The notes below the pieces were generated by a model. It searched no databases, was not told the DNA's origin, and was given only the letters and a program-made list of their open reading frames with translations. From Mycobacteriales bacterium (GTDB taxonomy: Bacteria > Actinomycetota > Actinomycetes > Mycobacteriales > QHCE01): DNA of 64,000 nt. Shown here piece after piece: positions 52,923-63,914 of the stretch. Where the stretch lies: positions 22,050 through 86,049 of the forward strand of contig JABFVL010000032.1 in assembly GCA_013362805.1 (NCBI GenBank), in the 5' to 3' direction. The position numbers and the translations under genes were made by a program. Each line of letters starts with the position of its first letter. Position 1 is the stretch's first letter.

Positions 52923-53034
52923 ATGGCTCTCCTTTCTGTTGGGATTTCTTGGCCCATCACCGGCCAACCACCACCCCACCATACGACGGTTCGTCTCCTT
53001 AAACACTGTTACCACCGCCGTTTTGGTGCGAAGT

Positions 53035-53068
53035 ATGTTTGGGCGAGAATGGCTACTCGCCCAAACAT
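53035..53068 (-). terminator. hairpin after serC
   Basis: ATGTTTGGGCGAG-N8-CTCGCCCAAACAT. Confidence 0.75.
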
Positions 53069-53120
53069 CCAATTCGGGTTACCTCGCTATTGGCGCAGGT
53101 GGTGACATACCAAGTAAAAA

Positions 53121-54356
<1,236 letters not shown>

Positions 54357-54490
54357 CTAGTTTCCGGCATAGCCGTAGTTTCCGGTTTTGGAGACATACC
54401 TGGGTTCATCGAGCAGGAAAGTTGATGCATCAGATCCAACAGTGCCGATATTGGGATAAAGAAGATTAGTATCCCCATTCAGGGGGAGAA

Positions 54491-54874
54491 GTGATTTCAC
54501 AGTTCTGGGTAGTGTTTCGGATCGTTTGGCGAAACCCGGCTAGCCGAGCCGCGTGTATTACGGGAATGGTGCTCACCGGAATTGCCACAGCTTTCTACGC
54601 GACCGTTGAGGAATGGTCGCTGATCGACAGTGCGTTCTTCGCGATCATCACTGGACTCACCATCAGCTATGAAGGCCTTGCGCCGAGCTCGCCGCTGTCG
54701 AAAGTTTTCACCGCGTTCTACGCGCTGTTCTCAGTCGGTTTGTTCATCACCCTGGCCGCGACATTCGCATCAACACTTATAGCCGAAAACAGGCGCCGAC
54801 GAGAACGCAAACACAAATCCGATTTACATATGAAAAGTGGGGGTGGACGACTGGGCCACCCCCACTTTTATTGA
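54491..54874 (+). CDS. 2-TM potassium-channel-like protein (Ion_trans_2)
   Basis: TM, FY..VEEWSLIDSAFF pore helix, TISYEG filter position, LSKVFT, TM. Confidence 0.8.
   Translation: MISQFWVVFRIVWRNPASRAACITGMVLTGIATAFYATVEEWSLIDSAFFAIITGLTISYEGLAPSSPLSKVFTAFYALFSVGLFITLAATFASTLIAENRRRRERKHKSDLHMKSGGGRLGHPHFY
54833..54869. terminator. bidirectional terminator
   Basis: AAAAGTGGGGGTGG...CCACCCCCACTTTT. Confidence 0.8.
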
Positions 54875-54881
54875 GCTGTAT

Positions 54882-55988
54882 TTACTTTGAATGGCTAGTG
54901 GTATCCCAGCCCTCAACATCTTCTGGCTTACGCGGGCCGGGGCCGACGTAGCGGGCGGCTGGCCGAATCAGACGCCCCGTTTCTTTCTGCTCCATGATGT
55001 GGGCACTCCACCCGGCGGTGCGAGCGCAGGTGAACATCGAGGTGAACATGTGAGCTGGTACCTCGGCGAAGTCCAACACCACCGCTGACCAGAACTCCAC
55101 GTTGGTGGCCAACACCCGGTCGGGCTTGCGAGCCTTCAGTTCCGCGATCGCTGCTTTCTCCAGGGCTTCGGCTACCTCATAACGAGGCGATCCGAGCTCT
55201 TTAGCGGCCTTGCGGAGCACCCTGGCACGTGGGTCTTCGGCCCGGTAGACGCGGTGACCGAAGCCCATGAGTCGTTCGCCACGGTCCAAGGTTTCCTTCA
55301 CCCAACGCTCAGCGTCGCCGGATTTTTCGACACCGTCGAGCATGTGGAGAACTCGTGAGGGCGCCCCACCGTGAAGTGGTCCAGACATCGAGCCAATTGC
55401 CGAACTGATGCAGGCCGCGGTGTCGGCGCCAGTGCTGGCCGCGACGCGCGCGGTGAACGTGGACGCGTTGAGCCCATGTTCTGCCGCGGAGATGAAGTAC
55501 GCGTCGACGGCTGCCACATGTTTGGGGTCTGGGTCGCCACGCCAGCGGGTCATGAATCGCTCGACGACGGTGTCGGCCTTGTCGATTTCACTTTGTGGGA
55601 CCGCGGCCATGCCAATGCCGCGTGCGGACTGCGCCACAAACGACAAAGCCGTGACGGAAATGCGAGCTAGGTCTTCGCGGGCTTGTTTGTCGGAGATGTC
55701 AATAATCTGCCCTAGTCCCCAATATGGAGCGAGCATTGCGATGGCGCTCTGCACGTCGACGCGAATGTCTCCAGAATGTACGGGGATAGGGAAAGGCTCG
55801 GCTGGCGGAAGGCCTGGACCAAATTTTCCGTCGACGACCAAGGCCCAAACGTTGCCGAATGAGACGTGCCCAACGAGGTCTTCGATGTCGACCCCGCGAT
55901 AGCGGAGTGCGCCGCCTTCTTTGTCGGGCTCTGCGATTTCGGTCTCGAATGCGATGACTCCTTCGAGCCCCGGTTTGAAGTCAGACAT
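54882..55988 (-). CDS. citA: citrate synthase 2
   Basis: EHGLNASTF, GPLHGGA, MGFGHRVY..EDPR, TNVEF. Confidence 0.94.
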   Translation of the reverse strand: MSDFKPGLEGVIAFETEIAEPDKEGGALRYRGVDIEDLVGHVSFGNVWALVVDGKFGPGLPPAEPFPIPVHSGDIRVDVQSAIAMLAPYWGLGQIIDISDKQAREDLARISVTALSFVAQSARGIGMAAVPQSEIDKADTVVERFMTRWRGDPDPKHVAAVDAYFISAAEHGLNASTFTARVAASTGADTAACISSAIGSMSGPLHGGAPSRVLHMLDGVEKSGDAERWVKETLDRGERLMGFGHRVYRAEDPRARVLRKAAKELGSPRYEVAEALEKAAIAELKARKPDRVLATNVEFWSAVVLDFAEVPAHMFTSMFTCARTAGWSAHIMEQKETGRLIRPAARYVGPGPRKPEDVEGWDTTSHSK

Positions 55989-56213
55989 GTAGGTGTTGTC
56001 CTCTCTCGCGACTTACGCGGTGGCGCATGCGCTCAGGTGTCAAGGTTGACGTGTGTATACGGTGGTTCGGTGAGCCGAGCCGCGGTGGTAATCGCCAGCC
56101 TTTGTGCCTATTTTGCAACTAGCCAGTAGCTTTTGCGAGCGTGGGGCTTGTGGCGAATCGCACGAAAATCGCTAGTGCTGGAACTGGCGTGAAATTTGGG
56201 AGAAGCGAGTGCG

Positions 56214-56849
56214 ATGACTGACTTGTCTAAAATGAGGCAAGAGTACGGAGAACGTAGCCTCGATATTTCCGATATGGCCCCAGATTGGGTCACACAACTG
56301 CATGGATGGCTGGCGTACGCACGGGAAAACGAAGTCGATGAACCCAATGCGATGGTGGTCAGCACTGTTAACGCTCGTAGCGAACCCAGCCTGCGAACAG
56401 TGCTGCTGAAGTATCTCGACCCGTCCGGGCTCGTCTTTTTCACTAACTACCGCTCTCGCAAGGGGCGAGATATCGAAGCGAACGCAAACGTCAGCGCCCT
56501 GTTCGGCTGGTATTCGCTCCATCGCCAAGTGATTGTGGCCGGGCGAGCCGAAAAAATTCCGCCCGCTGAATCAAATGACTACTTCCGCACCCGCCCATAT
56601 GGTGCGCAACTTGGAGCACACGCCAGCCAGCAGTCCCAAGTGATAGCCGGACGGGAAGAACTTCTCCACCAGCGCGATGCCGCCGCTCAGAAATATAGGG
56701 ACGATATTCCGCGTCCCGCGCACTGGGGTGGAATTCGTATCGTGCCTAGTAGCGTGGAGTTTTGGCAGGGAAGAGCGGATAGATTGCACGATCGGATCCG
56801 CTACAGACTTGACGGGAACGCATGGCGTCTTGAGAGGCTAGCCCCTTAG
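56214..56849 (+). CDS. pdxH: pyridoxamine 5'-phosphate oxidase
   Basis: EPNAM, RTVLLK, FFTNYRSRKG, EFWQG...RLHDR, RLAP. Confidence 0.96.
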   Translation: MTDLSKMRQEYGERSLDISDMAPDWVTQLHGWLAYARENEVDEPNAMVVSTVNARSEPSLRTVLLKYLDPSGLVFFTNYRSRKGRDIEANANVSALFGWYSLHRQVIVAGRAEKIPPAESNDYFRTRPYGAQLGAHASQQSQVIAGREELLHQRDAAAQKYRDDIPRPAHWGGIRIVPSSVEFWQGRADRLHDRIRYRLDGNAWRLERLAP

Positions 56850-57042
56850 GTTTCATCACTTATCTCAGGAGAACAAGTTTTGCGGATTGCGCCGACCCGG
56901 TAGCCTAGTCCGAACTTTGCCGCTGAACTCAGCGGTAACTACAGCTTGTGCACCCCCTGCCCAGCGTTAGCGCGGGCACATTAAGCGAACGAGGCAATGG
57001 AGGGGCCTTGTATCGCGGCACGAGCCCCCCAAAGGAGGAGTG

Positions 57043-57336
57043 TTGATTTTCAAAGCGGTAAGCGAGGGCAGGCCGTATCCAGATCACGGCTTGCAACTTC
57101 GCGAGTGGGCCAAAATCCCACCGCGCCCTATACGGCTCGACCAGCTCACCACCACAAAGCGGGAACTGGCACTTGATCGTCTACTCGCCGAAGATTCCAC
57201 CTATTTCGGCGATCTTTTTCCGCATGTCGTCGAATACAACGGAGTTTTTTACCTGGAAGACGGACTACACCGCGCGCTGCGCGCCGCCCTGCAACAGCGC
57301 ACAACCATTCACGTCCGGGTCCACCCGCTGTCGTAG
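57043..57336 (+). CDS. small conserved actinobacterial protein with a ParB/Srx-like motif
   Basis: IFK.V..G.PYPDHG, YLEDGLHRA.R; AAGGAGGAG RBS. Confidence 0.8.
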   Translation: MIFKAVSEGRPYPDHGLQLREWAKIPPRPIRLDQLTTTKRELALDRLLAEDSTYFGDLFPHVVEYNGVFYLEDGLHRALRAALQQRTTIHVRVHPLS

Positions 57337-57368
57337 GCCATAAACGCTTGGGCGGTTAGGGTCGAGGG

Positions 57369-58793
57369 ATGAGCGAACCTCGACCCTTTTGGCTTGCCGG
57401 TCGTCCCGTCGTGAGCGGAGAAACCTTTTCCGTGTTCCACCCCTACGACGGGCGGCAGGTCACCACTGTGTCCTTGGCCACACCGGATCATGTTGAGGCG
57501 GCGATCGTCGCGGCGCAAAAAGCCGCCCCCGCGTTCGCCGCGACGAGTGCCGCGGCGCGGGCCGCCGCCCTTGATTATGTAGTGACACATCTACGTCGTC
57601 GCGCCGAAGAGATAGCTCAAACCATCACCGATGAATCAGGCAAGCCCATAAAGTGGGCGCGCATCGAAGTCACCCGGGCCATATCTACCTTCCGATGGGC
57701 CGCAGAAGAAGCCAGGCGATTCTCTGGCCAGCTGCAACGCCTCGACACCGACCAGAGCACCCCAGGCCGCATCGCGATGGTGCGGCGCTTTCCTCGTGGT
57801 CCCATTCTTGGCATTACTCCTTTCAATTTCCCGCTCAATCTTGTCGCGCATAAAGTGGCGCCCGCGCTCGCCGTCGGCGCCCCGATCATCGTCAAACCCG
57901 CACCCCGCACGCCCCTATCCGCACTGATTCTCGGTGAGATACTCAGCGAAACAGAACTCCCAGCTGGCGCCGTCTCGGTGCTCACCGTGCCGAACGAACA
58001 CGCGAGTGAACTGGCGGCCGATCCTCGAATACCAGTTGTTTCCTTCACGGGTTCTGTACCCATTGGCTGGCAGATTAAAGAAGCCGTGCCGCACAAACAT
58101 GTCGCCTTGGAGCTGGGCGGCAATGCCGCGGTCATCGTGGCCGAAGACTACAAAGACCTCGACTACGCCGCCGAGCGAATCGCGACCTTCGCCAACTATC
58201 AAGCCGGCCAATCGTGCATCTCTGTGCAACGCGTTTACATCGCCGACGCGCTTTTCGCCGAGCTGCGCGACAGAATCGTGAGCGCCGTGGAAAAGCTGCG
58301 CACTGGCGATCCCCGTGAAGAAGAAACCGATGTTGGTCCCATGATTGACGAGAAAGCCGCCATTCGGGCCGAGCAGTGGATCGCTGAAGCTGATGCCGAT
58401 GTGCTCATTGGCGGCCAACGAGAAGGGACGACACTCGCGCCAACTGTGATCACCGGCGCCGCTCCAGCGGCGAAAGTGAACAGCGAAGAGGTTTTCGCCC
58501 CGGTAGTCACGCTGACCCCATTCCGCGATATTGAACAGGCGTTTGAGCTGGTAAACGCCTCTAAATTCGGTTTGCAGGCCGGGATTTTCACCCACGACAC
58601 GCGAACAGCGTTTGCGGCCCACGCCGCACTGAACGTTGGCGGCGTCATCGTGGGTGACGTGCCCAGTTATCGTGCAGATCAAGCGCCGTATGGCGGGGTC
58701 AAGGCGTCCGGAGTTGGGCGAGAGGGAGTAGCAAGCGCTATGGATGACTACACCGAGCCGCGAACAATGGTGCTCACCGGGGTGGCGTTGTGA
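57369..58793 (+). CDS. aldehyde dehydrogenase
   Basis: PFNFP, SFTGS, LELGGN, GQSC, EEVFAP, YGGVK.SG.GREG. Confidence 0.95.
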   Translation: MSEPRPFWLAGRPVVSGETFSVFHPYDGRQVTTVSLATPDHVEAAIVAAQKAAPAFAATSAAARAAALDYVVTHLRRRAEEIAQTITDESGKPIKWARIEVTRAISTFRWAAEEARRFSGQLQRLDTDQSTPGRIAMVRRFPRGPILGITPFNFPLNLVAHKVAPALAVGAPIIVKPAPRTPLSALILGEILSETELPAGAVSVLTVPNEHASELAADPRIPVVSFTGSVPIGWQIKEAVPHKHVALELGGNAAVIVAEDYKDLDYAAERIATFANYQAGQSCISVQRVYIADALFAELRDRIVSAVEKLRTGDPREEETDVGPMIDEKAAIRAEQWIAEADADVLIGGQREGTTLAPTVITGAAPAAKVNSEEVFAPVVTLTPFRDIEQAFELVNASKFGLQAGIFTHDTRTAFAAHAALNVGGVIVGDVPSYRADQAPYGGVKASGVGREGVASAMDDYTEPRTMVLTGVAL

Positions 58794-59974
58794 CGCGCAA
58801 AAAACTGGCCGCCCGTGGTCTCGCTCTGAGTGTGTGCATGTTGCTGGCGCTCACGGCATGTGGCGATGACAGCGATACTGATTCCACACCCAAAGCTTTG
58901 AGCTCGCTCGGGGAGAGCGAAAACCAGCTCACCCTGCTGGCGATGCCCGGCCACGCCGAGCGTGGCACCAGCGACCCAGAACAAGACTGGGTGACGGCGT
59001 TTGAGAAAGAAACCGGTTGTCAGACCGCGGTGACCACGGCAACCGATGTGACGGAACTTGAAGAGCTGGCCCGCACCGGAGAATACGACGCGGTCGCGGC
59101 GCCAGGAGAGATTTCCCGAGCGCTCATCGAAGACGAAGAAGTCGCGCCGGTGAACACCACCCTGCTAGAAAACTACGACGACGTGGTGAAAGGCCTACAG
59201 AATCGTGCCTGGAACTCCGCGGGTGGCGATAGCTATGGTGCGCCGGTCGGGCGGTCCGCGAATCTCCTCATGTGGCGCACTGACAAAGTCACCACGCCAC
59301 CCACGTCAACCGCGACGTTGTTTGATCCAGCCGATGAGCTCTCGGGCTCGCTTGCAGCCTTCGATTCACCGTTGACGCTGGCTGACTACGCCCTCTATCT
59401 CAAAACTGCTCGACCCGAGCTGGGTATCACTAACCCGTACGCGCTGTCGCGCAAGCAGTTTGATGCCGTGGTCGCCCAAGCTGGAGTAGATAACGACAAG
59501 ATCGGAACCTACTGGGTGGAATATGGGCAATACCTGCAAAAGGTTGCTGAAGGCGCGGTGTCGATGGGGATAGCCCCTCAAGCAGTTGTAGAAGTTGGAA
59601 AAGCCCAAGGCACTCCCATCGAGGCCACCTTGCCCGAGCAAGGAGCCACTGGCACCGCCGACACGTGGATGATCACCGCGAATGCGCAGAACCCAAACTG
59701 CGCGTATCGATGGTTGGACTACACCCTTAGCCCCGAGGTGAACGCGCAGGCCGCCCAGGTACTGGGCGTGGCTCCCGCCGTCACCACGGCGTGTGACAAA
59801 GCTGCACCTGGTTATTGCGACACATTCCACGCGCTGGATGAGGAGTACTACCAGAAGGTGTGGCCCGCTACCACACCGTTGACGCAGTGCGTGGCCGGTA
59901 GTGGCAGTTCGTGTGTGGGCGTGCAGGACTGGCGTGACGCTTGGCAGAACCTACGTACGCAACGGGGAGACTAG
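58790..59974 (+). CDS. polyamine-type ABC substrate-binding lipoprotein (PotD/YdcS-like)
   Basis: Lipobox LTAC, DWVT.FEKETGC, GITNPY.L, P.QGATG.ADTW, NPNCAY.W. Confidence 0.85.
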   Translation: MTRKKLAARGLALSVCMLLALTACGDDSDTDSTPKALSSLGESENQLTLLAMPGHAERGTSDPEQDWVTAFEKETGCQTAVTTATDVTELEELARTGEYDAVAAPGEISRALIEDEEVAPVNTTLLENYDDVVKGLQNRAWNSAGGDSYGAPVGRSANLLMWRTDKVTTPPTSTATLFDPADELSGSLAAFDSPLTLADYALYLKTARPELGITNPYALSRKQFDAVVAQAGVDNDKIGTYWVEYGQYLQKVAEGAVSMGIAPQAVVEVGKAQGTPIEATLPEQGATGTADTWMITANAQNPNCAYRWLDYTLSPEVNAQAAQVLGVAPAVTTACDKAAPGYCDTFHALDEEYYQKVWPATTPLTQCVAGSGSSCVGVQDWRDAWQNLRTQRGD

Positions 59975-60561
59975 CCGCCTTGAAAGCTGGTCCCGGCGAA
60001 GTTTTGGCCGAGCCGGATGACGTAGTCGGTCGGGTTTTCCGAGATATCGGCGTCGATGATCAGTTGGACAACCACGTTGCTGTGGCTGAACACCAGTTGA
60101 CATAGTTCGCCGCTGCAGTCGTAAATGCGGCCGCCGTCGCCTAGTTGCTGATTGATGGGAATCCCGCCGGCTCCGACTTTTTGTTGCGCTTTTGTCGCGC
60201 TGTCAGGAGTGGTGCCGGTGGGAAACCACGTGGTGGTAGCCCTAATCGTTTCCTGATTCGGGGTTTCCCAAACACATTTTCGACTGTCGCCATCTGGCGT
60301 GTTCACTTCGATGGCCGTGGTCAAAATTTCGGTGAGCACTTGCTCGGAAAAGCCATCACACGCTAGAGGCTCGGCATACATATCTGGTGTTGGTGGCGTT
60401 GTTTTGCCGCTGGCCACCGCGCTTGTTGTCTTGTCGCCTTCAAGGGGCGTGTCGTCAGCGCCTTTGCGGTTGGCGTTGGCCAGTATCGCGGTGGCGATGA
60501 TCAATACCGCCATGGTGACGAGAAAGGCGCCTCGGCTGCGCAGCTTGTCGGGTTCGACCAC
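59971..60561 (-). CDS. membrane-anchored exported protein with Cys pairs
   Basis: N-terminal TM; TACCGT 6 nt upstream of GTG 60561. Confidence 0.6.
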   Translation of the reverse strand: MVEPDKLRSRGAFLVTMAVLIIATAILANANRKGADDTPLEGDKTTSAVASGKTTPPTPDMYAEPLACDGFSEQVLTEILTTAIEVNTPDGDSRKCVWETPNQETIRATTTWFPTGTTPDSATKAQQKVGAGGIPINQQLGDGGRIYDCSGELCQLVFSHSNVVVQLIIDADISENPTDYVIRLGQNFAGTSFQGG

Positions 60562-60625
60562 GGCTTCACGGTACCTAGGTGCGAAGTCGGGGCGGCAGCT
60601 GGCTGGCTGCCACCCCGAGAAGTTT

Positions 60626-62599
60626 CTAGTAGCCGATCCAGGTGCCGGGCTGGTCAAGGTGCTCGGTGTCATTGGCCATCAAGCCTTCGCGAGACACCGT
60701 CCACAATGTGTCCCCAATGATGAGCGACCGGGTGATTTCATTCCCATATTGATCGCCCGCGGGGTGTTGGATCTTGGTGATTTCACGAAGTGATTCCTTG
60801 TCGACCTTCAACACAATTACCCCGGTGTCCAGCTGTGACGCGACTTCGCCATCCTGCGTGGTTGTCGCGCTTCCGGAGTTCATATAGGGCACCGCGAGAA
60901 GACCAGTTTTTTCCCAATATAGAAAGGCGTGGGGATCGTATTCAGCGGTGGAACTCGCATCAGTGATGTGGTACTGATCGAGGCGATTTGGTGTGGCGGG
61001 ATCACTGATGTCAAACAGTGACACCTGCAGACCTTGGCGTTGTCCTTGTTCGGACGCTTCCTGCCCAACTCCGAGCAAGGTGTTTTCGCTGGCTGGATGC
61101 AGGTAGGCCGAATATCCGGTGATTTTTAGTTCTCCACGCACCGTCGGTGCAGTGGGGGTGCTCAAATCGACGACATAGAGCGGGTCGGTTTGTCGGAACG
61201 TCACAACATATCCAGCATCGCCGATGAATCGCACCGCATAGATCTGTTCGGTTTTACCCAGGCCCCCCACTTGGCCGACGATATTGAGGCTGTTTCCATC
61301 GCGTTTGAGGACATACACCGCTGACTCTGATGGTGGTTCTTGGTCGCAACAGGTGACGCTGCCGACCACATTGGTGGTGGCGATGCGTAGGTGCCCTTCA
61401 TGTTCTGACATTGAATACTGGTTCAGCAGCATTCCTGGCACGCTGCCCGATGCGATGTGTTTTGGTTGTTCATCGCCCGAGATGTCGAAGGCGTAGAGCT
61501 CGGTGCTGAGCGTTTGTTCATCTATTTCGGCGCCGGGTTCGGGTTCGAACGTTTGATAGTTTTCCCCGGCGATGTACAGAGTCGTGGCACTGGAATACAC
61601 AGTGGATCCATCAGCGGCGATGGTGACAGGGTCGGTCTTGCTGATGGTGTCGAAGCCAAGGGTGAATACGGTCAACATGTTTGAGCCGCTGTAGTCGGCG
61701 GCATGGCTGACGTTGCCACATGGGGTTTGTCTTGATTCGGTTTTCCCGTTTTCTTCGACTTGAAAACGGGGAAGCCATGTTTCGATGCTCGAGGCGTTGA
61801 TAACTTCGCGGTTTTGCTCGATGGCTCTTTTTTCGCCTCGGGTTCCGCTGGCTTCGGGTGCGTCTTGGGGGAAGTCAAGGCGCGGGCCGGAGCTGCTGAC
61901 GAGCCGAACGGTGTCATCGATTTGTCGGGCGTCAATATATGAGCCTTCGATGCTGACCGACGAAAGCACCGTGGGGGATTCGTCGAGTTCTACAAGTAGG
62001 ACTTTCGAGCCGTTCTGGCCACCGCCGGGTGCGATTTTCGCGTTGCTTTGCGCGGGTTCGGCGAGCGTGATGACGCCTTGCATCACCACCAGCGCGCGAT
62101 CACCGGAGACCATGAGCTGGTTGGGGGTGAGTCCAGTTTCTTGGTCTGATAGGTCAATGCTGCCGATGATGCTGCGCGCTTTGGCATCGATGATTCGCAG
62201 TGTTCCGTCGCTGAGGGTGTAAATGCGTTTGCCGTCGTTTTTAACGGCGTCGGGTTCATCGATGCCACTTTCTTGGTTATTCGTGGTGGAGTGCTCGTCG
62301 GCGCTTTCCGGGCTTGGAGCGGTTGGCGCGGTGCTTTTCATATCTGAGCTGGCGCTGTCTTCTTGGGTGGTGAGCGCACGGCTGTTTGAGTTGGGCAATC
62401 CGTATGGCCCGACGGCGTCGCTGGCCGCTTTTTGTAGCCCGGTGAGTGCTTGGTCGCAACTGTCGAAGCTCGCCAACATGATGGTGGGTTGTTGACTGTG
62501 CGTGTACCTGGTTTGTTGACCGCAGGCACCGATGGTGAGTGCGACGCAACTTGCCGCCGCTATCGTGAGGACCCGACGCCGGGCTGAATGTGCGCTCAT
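60626..62599 (-). CDS. secreted beta-propeller-domain lipoprotein
   Basis: STTNNQESGIDEPD.VK.DG, LLNQYSMSE, IYAVRF, VTFRQTDPL, GELKITGYS.YLHP. Confidence 0.9.
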   Translation of the reverse strand: MSAHSARRRVLTIAAASCVALTIGACGQQTRYTHSQQPTIMLASFDSCDQALTGLQKAASDAVGPYGLPNSNSRALTTQEDSASSDMKSTAPTAPSPESADEHSTTNNQESGIDEPDAVKNDGKRIYTLSDGTLRIIDAKARSIIGSIDLSDQETGLTPNQLMVSGDRALVVMQGVITLAEPAQSNAKIAPGGGQNGSKVLLVELDESPTVLSSVSIEGSYIDARQIDDTVRLVSSSGPRLDFPQDAPEASGTRGEKRAIEQNREVINASSIETWLPRFQVEENGKTESRQTPCGNVSHAADYSGSNMLTVFTLGFDTISKTDPVTIAADGSTVYSSATTLYIAGENYQTFEPEPGAEIDEQTLSTELYAFDISGDEQPKHIASGSVPGMLLNQYSMSEHEGHLRIATTNVVGSVTCCDQEPPSESAVYVLKRDGNSLNIVGQVGGLGKTEQIYAVRFIGDAGYVVTFRQTDPLYVVDLSTPTAPTVRGELKITGYSAYLHPASENTLLGVGQEASEQGQRQGLQVSLFDISDPATPNRLDQYHITDASSTAEYDPHAFLYWEKTGLLAVPYMNSGSATTTQDGEVASQLDTGVIVLKVDKESLREITKIQHPAGDQYGNEITRSLIIGDTLWTVSREGLMANDTEHLDQPGTWIGY

Positions 62600-62641
62600 G
62601 TGTGTTAGGACGCGCGGGCCGGCAAATTGGTTCCGGGGTGG

Positions 62642-63154
62642 TTAGTTTTCTTCGCGCCCTGGAATGGTGGCGGGGCAACGGTTGAAGCTGTGGGCGTCGC
62701 CGCCTAGTCCTTGGCGAATTTTGCTAAATGCTTCGCCGATGGTTTTCAGGTCTTCTGGCTGGATCACGTCAACGAAGTATTGGCGGACACCGCGTAGATG
62801 CGTTTTTGACGCACGCACGATGAGCGCCCAGCCTGCTTCGGTGAGGGTGGCGAATACGCCTCGGCCGTCTTCTCCGCAGCTTTTCCTGATTACAATGCCG
62901 TTCTTTTCCATCCGGCTGATGGTGTGGGAGAGCCGGCTTCGGGATTGGCTGGTGGAGGCCGCGAGTTCGGCCATGCGCAAGGTTCGTTCTGGGGCTTCGG
63001 AGAGCCTGACGAGAACTTCGTATTCGTTGTTGCTGATGCCGTGTTCGGCCCGGAGCTCCCGATCGAGTTTTTCCAGGAAGGACAGCGTGCCTTCGATGTA
63101 GGCGCGCCAGGAGTGCTCTTCGGTGTCGTTGAGCCAACGGGGGTTCTCGGTCAT
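62642..63154 (-). CDS. MarR-family regulator (RosR-like)
   Basis: YEVLVRLSE, LRMAELA, SRSRLSH..SRME, DGRG. Confidence 0.92.
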   Translation of the reverse strand: MTENPRWLNDTEEHSWRAYIEGTLSFLEKLDRELRAEHGISNNEYEVLVRLSEAPERTLRMAELAASTSQSRSRLSHTISRMEKNGIVIRKSCGEDGRGVFATLTEAGWALIVRASKTHLRGVRQYFVDVIQPEDLKTIGEAFSKIRQGLGGDAHSFNRCPATIPGREEN

Positions 63155-63170
63155 GTCTCTAGGATACATG

Positions 63171-63222
63171 TAGTTGACATTTAAACTAACTCTCATTACC
63201 TTAGTGGTTGAAAGTTAAATCA
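63171..63222. promoter_or_regulatory. two MarR/RosR-type operator palindromes
   Basis: TAGTTGACATTTAAACTA (63171-63188) and TGGTTGAAAGTTAAATCA (63205-63222) between divergent marR and yceI. Confidence 0.7.
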
Positions 63223-63241
63223 ATTGATTGGAATCTGACAA

Positions 63242-63814
63242 ATGACCCAGGCACTTGCTATCAACGTCCCCGCCGAGGTAACCCCTGGGCAATGGGAAGT
63301 AGATCCCATGCACTCGGAGATCTCCTTCACCATTCGTCACTTGATGTCAAAGGTGCGTGGACGGTTCGACGAATACACCAGCAAGGTGGTTATCGACGGC
63401 AGCGAGCCGCTGAGCTCGACCGTTGAGGTAGAAATCGCCATGGCGAGCATTAACACCAACAACGAGATGCGTGACAATCACGTCCGGGGTGACGCGTTCA
63501 ACGTCGAGAAATACCCCACGATGACCTTCCGCTCCACCGGCATTCGGACTATCGATGATGAAGAGTTCTGGCTAGACGGTGAACTCACGATTCTAGGAAA
63601 TGCCCGCCCGGTGAGCCTCAAGGCCGAATTTCTGGGTGTGGGCTCTGGCCTCCATGGCGAAACCCGGATCGGTTTTAGTGCGAAAACTGCCATCAGCCGG
63701 AAAGAATTCGGGATGGACTTCAACATTCCGCTGCCCGGTGGCGACAAGGTAGTTCTCTCTGATGAAGTGAAAATTGCACTCGATCTCCAATTGGTCAAAT
63801 CGGAAATAGCGTAA
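63242..63814 (+). CDS. YceI family protein
   Basis: W.VDP.HS.I.F.IRHL.SKVRG.F, SINT....RD.H, ISRKEFG. Confidence 0.93.
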   Translation: MTQALAINVPAEVTPGQWEVDPMHSEISFTIRHLMSKVRGRFDEYTSKVVIDGSEPLSSTVEVEIAMASINTNNEMRDNHVRGDAFNVEKYPTMTFRSTGIRTIDDEEFWLDGELTILGNARPVSLKAEFLGVGSGLHGETRIGFSAKTAISRKEFGMDFNIPLPGGDKVVLSDEVKIALDLQLVKSEIA

Positions 63815-63914
63815 TTTTTGTCTCTCTACGGTATGTCGAGCGTGGAACTTTCGACTTGATCGGTTTCAGTGATCTATGTCGAGTAGCTCAACGTAGAGAG
63901 GGATGTGTTTCTAC

